Assembly (NCBI GenBank): GCA_038087875.1 | Contig: JAXLNO010000462.1 | Span: 248,001 to 312,000, forward strand | Length of the DNA: 64,000 nt | Direction of reading: 5' to 3' | Source of the DNA: Malacoraja senta | Taxonomy: Eukaryota | In this document: piece after piece, positions 62,521 through 64,000 of the stretch | How positions within the stretch are numbered: position 1 is the first letter of the stretch | Layout: each line of letters opens with the position of its first letter | Notes under the pieces: model-generated | What the model was told of the DNA's origin: nothing | Seen by the model: only the letters and a program-made list of their open reading frames with translations | Databases searched by the model: none | Program-made: the position numbers and the translations under genes

Positions 62521-64000
62521 GGGAAGGAAACAGAAAGGGGGGAGGAAAGAAGAGAAAGGGGTGGAAAGAAGGCAGGGGGAAAAAGAGAGAAAGGGGAAAA
62601 AGAAGAAAAGGCAAAGGGAAAGGGAGGAAGGAATAAAAGAAGGGTTGAGAAAGGAGGGAGGAGAGAGGAAGTAAAAAGAAAGGGAAGGAAATAAGAAAGT
62701 GAGGAATTAAGGAAGGAAAATGAGAGGGAGAGCGAAGGAAGGGGAAAAGAAAGTGAGGGAAAGAGAGGACAGAGGGGAAGAAAGGAGGGGAGGGAGAGAA
62801 AGGGAAGAGCGAAAGGAGGGGAGAGAGAAAAATGGAGGGAAGGAAAGGAGAGAGAAAAAAATGAAGGAAGGAAAGAGAGAGAAAGGAGGGAAGAGAAAGC
62901 GAGAGAAGAGGAGGAGAGGGAGTTGGAGAGCGAGAGAAGGAAAAAGAAAGAGGAGGGAAACCTGTCGTACTCGAATGGCCAGCTCCTGCACCTATTTTCT
63001 ATGTTTCTGTACCTGTCCAAGTGTTGTGATAGTCCCAGCCTCAACTACCTCCTCCGGCAGCTCATTCCATACACCCACCACCCACCGTGTGGAAAAGTTG
63101 CCCCTCAGATTCCTATTCAATTTTTCCCCACCTCCGCCTCTCTCACCTTAAACCCATGTCCTCGGGTCCTCAATTACCCTACTCTGGGCAAGAGACTCTG
63201 TGCGTCTACCCGATCTATTCCTCTGGTCATTTTGTACACTATAAGATCACCCCTCATCCTCCTGCGCTCCAAGGAATAGAGTCCCAGCCTGCCCCAACCT
63301 CTCCCTGTAGCTCAGACCCCTCGAATCCCGGCAACATCCTCGTAAATCTTCTCCGCGCCCTTTCAAAGCTCGACGACATCTTTCCTGTAACACGGTGCCC
63401 AGAACTGAACACAATACTCTAAATGTGGCCTCACCAACGCATTGTACAACTGCAACGTGACCTCATTGGAGCTAAGAAGAATGAAGGGGGACCTCATTGA
63501 AACGTCACTGAATAGTGAAAGGCCTGGATAGAGTGGATGTGGAGAGGATGTTTCCACTAATGGGAGAGGACCAGAGGGCACAGCCTCAGAATTAAAGGAC
63601 GTTCCTTTCGGAAGGAGATGAGGAGGAATTTCTTCTTCAGCCAGAGGGTGGTGAATCTGGGATTCATTGCCACAGACGGCGGTGGAGGCCACAAGTCAGT
63701 GGATATATTTAAGGCAGAGACAAATGTGTTCTATATCTCTCTACAGCGTCAAAATCTCTCCTTAACCCTCTCCCCTGACTCAGTCTGAAGAAGGTCTCGA
63801 CCCGAAACGTCACCCATTCCTCACCAGAGATGCCTGTCCCACTGAGTACCTCCAGCATTTTGTGTCTATCTAGATTCTCGATTGGTATGGGTGTCGGGTT
63901 ATAGCGAGAAGGCAGGAGAACGAGGTTAGGAGGGAGAGATAGATCAGCCATGATTGAATGGAGGAGTAGACTCGACGGGCCGAATGGCCTAATTCTGCTC

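Larger units (their letters stand above)
56233..64000. repeat. Diverged inverted segmental duplication: arms ~56233-59212 and 60882-64000 (runs off the window)
   Basis: Same ordered mosaic in reverse complement: CR1 3' end with Penelope-type insert, CR1 fragments, purine tract, exon 1, promoter array. Confidence 0.85.

Noticed and set aside
56837..63044. Long ORFs (488, 466, 577, 608 and 425 aa) rich in F/S/L/P or E/R/K/G
   Set aside because: They are translations of stop-poor CT/GA low-complexity tracts and the 60-bp promoter array, with no protein-like composition.

Overview
This is vertebrate genomic DNA, most likely from a cartilaginous fish (skate/ray-like, inferred from HE1/V-type SINEs, esterase-ORF1 CR1, Rex1/Babar, fish-type L1 and Penelope-derived repeats). 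It is mostly transposon-derived and has two 200-N gaps (2800-2999, 60682-60881). The only host gene is a tectonic-3-like (TCTN3-like) gene on the minus strand, reconstructed exon by exon from about 58184 to 7550. It includes a clear U12-type AT-AC intron (8820-9112). This copy looks like a pseudogene: exon 1 is frameshifted and has lost its donor, exon 5 is frameshifted, exons 4 and 12 are not found, and exon 13 is truncated by a CR1. Its promoter and exon 1 form one arm of a diverged inverted duplication of at least 3 kb. The other arm (60882-64000) carries an intact signal-peptide exon with a phase-1 donor, which suggests a head-to-head sister copy running off the right edge. Both promoter regions are built from tandem ~60-bp GC-box/CRE-like/CCAAT modules. 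Intron 2 contains a 20-kb nest of L1 elements (A contains B, which contains C, plus two small inserts). The innermost L1 is full length with intact ORF1 and ORF2. The nest is flanked by an unusually long ~350-bp direct duplication that copies the exon-3 acceptor into a decoy terminal exon. Minimal hammerhead-ribozyme motifs occur in Penelope-type short repeats. Exon numbers follow human TCTN3 by analogy, using the sequence as I recall it; no database search was run.
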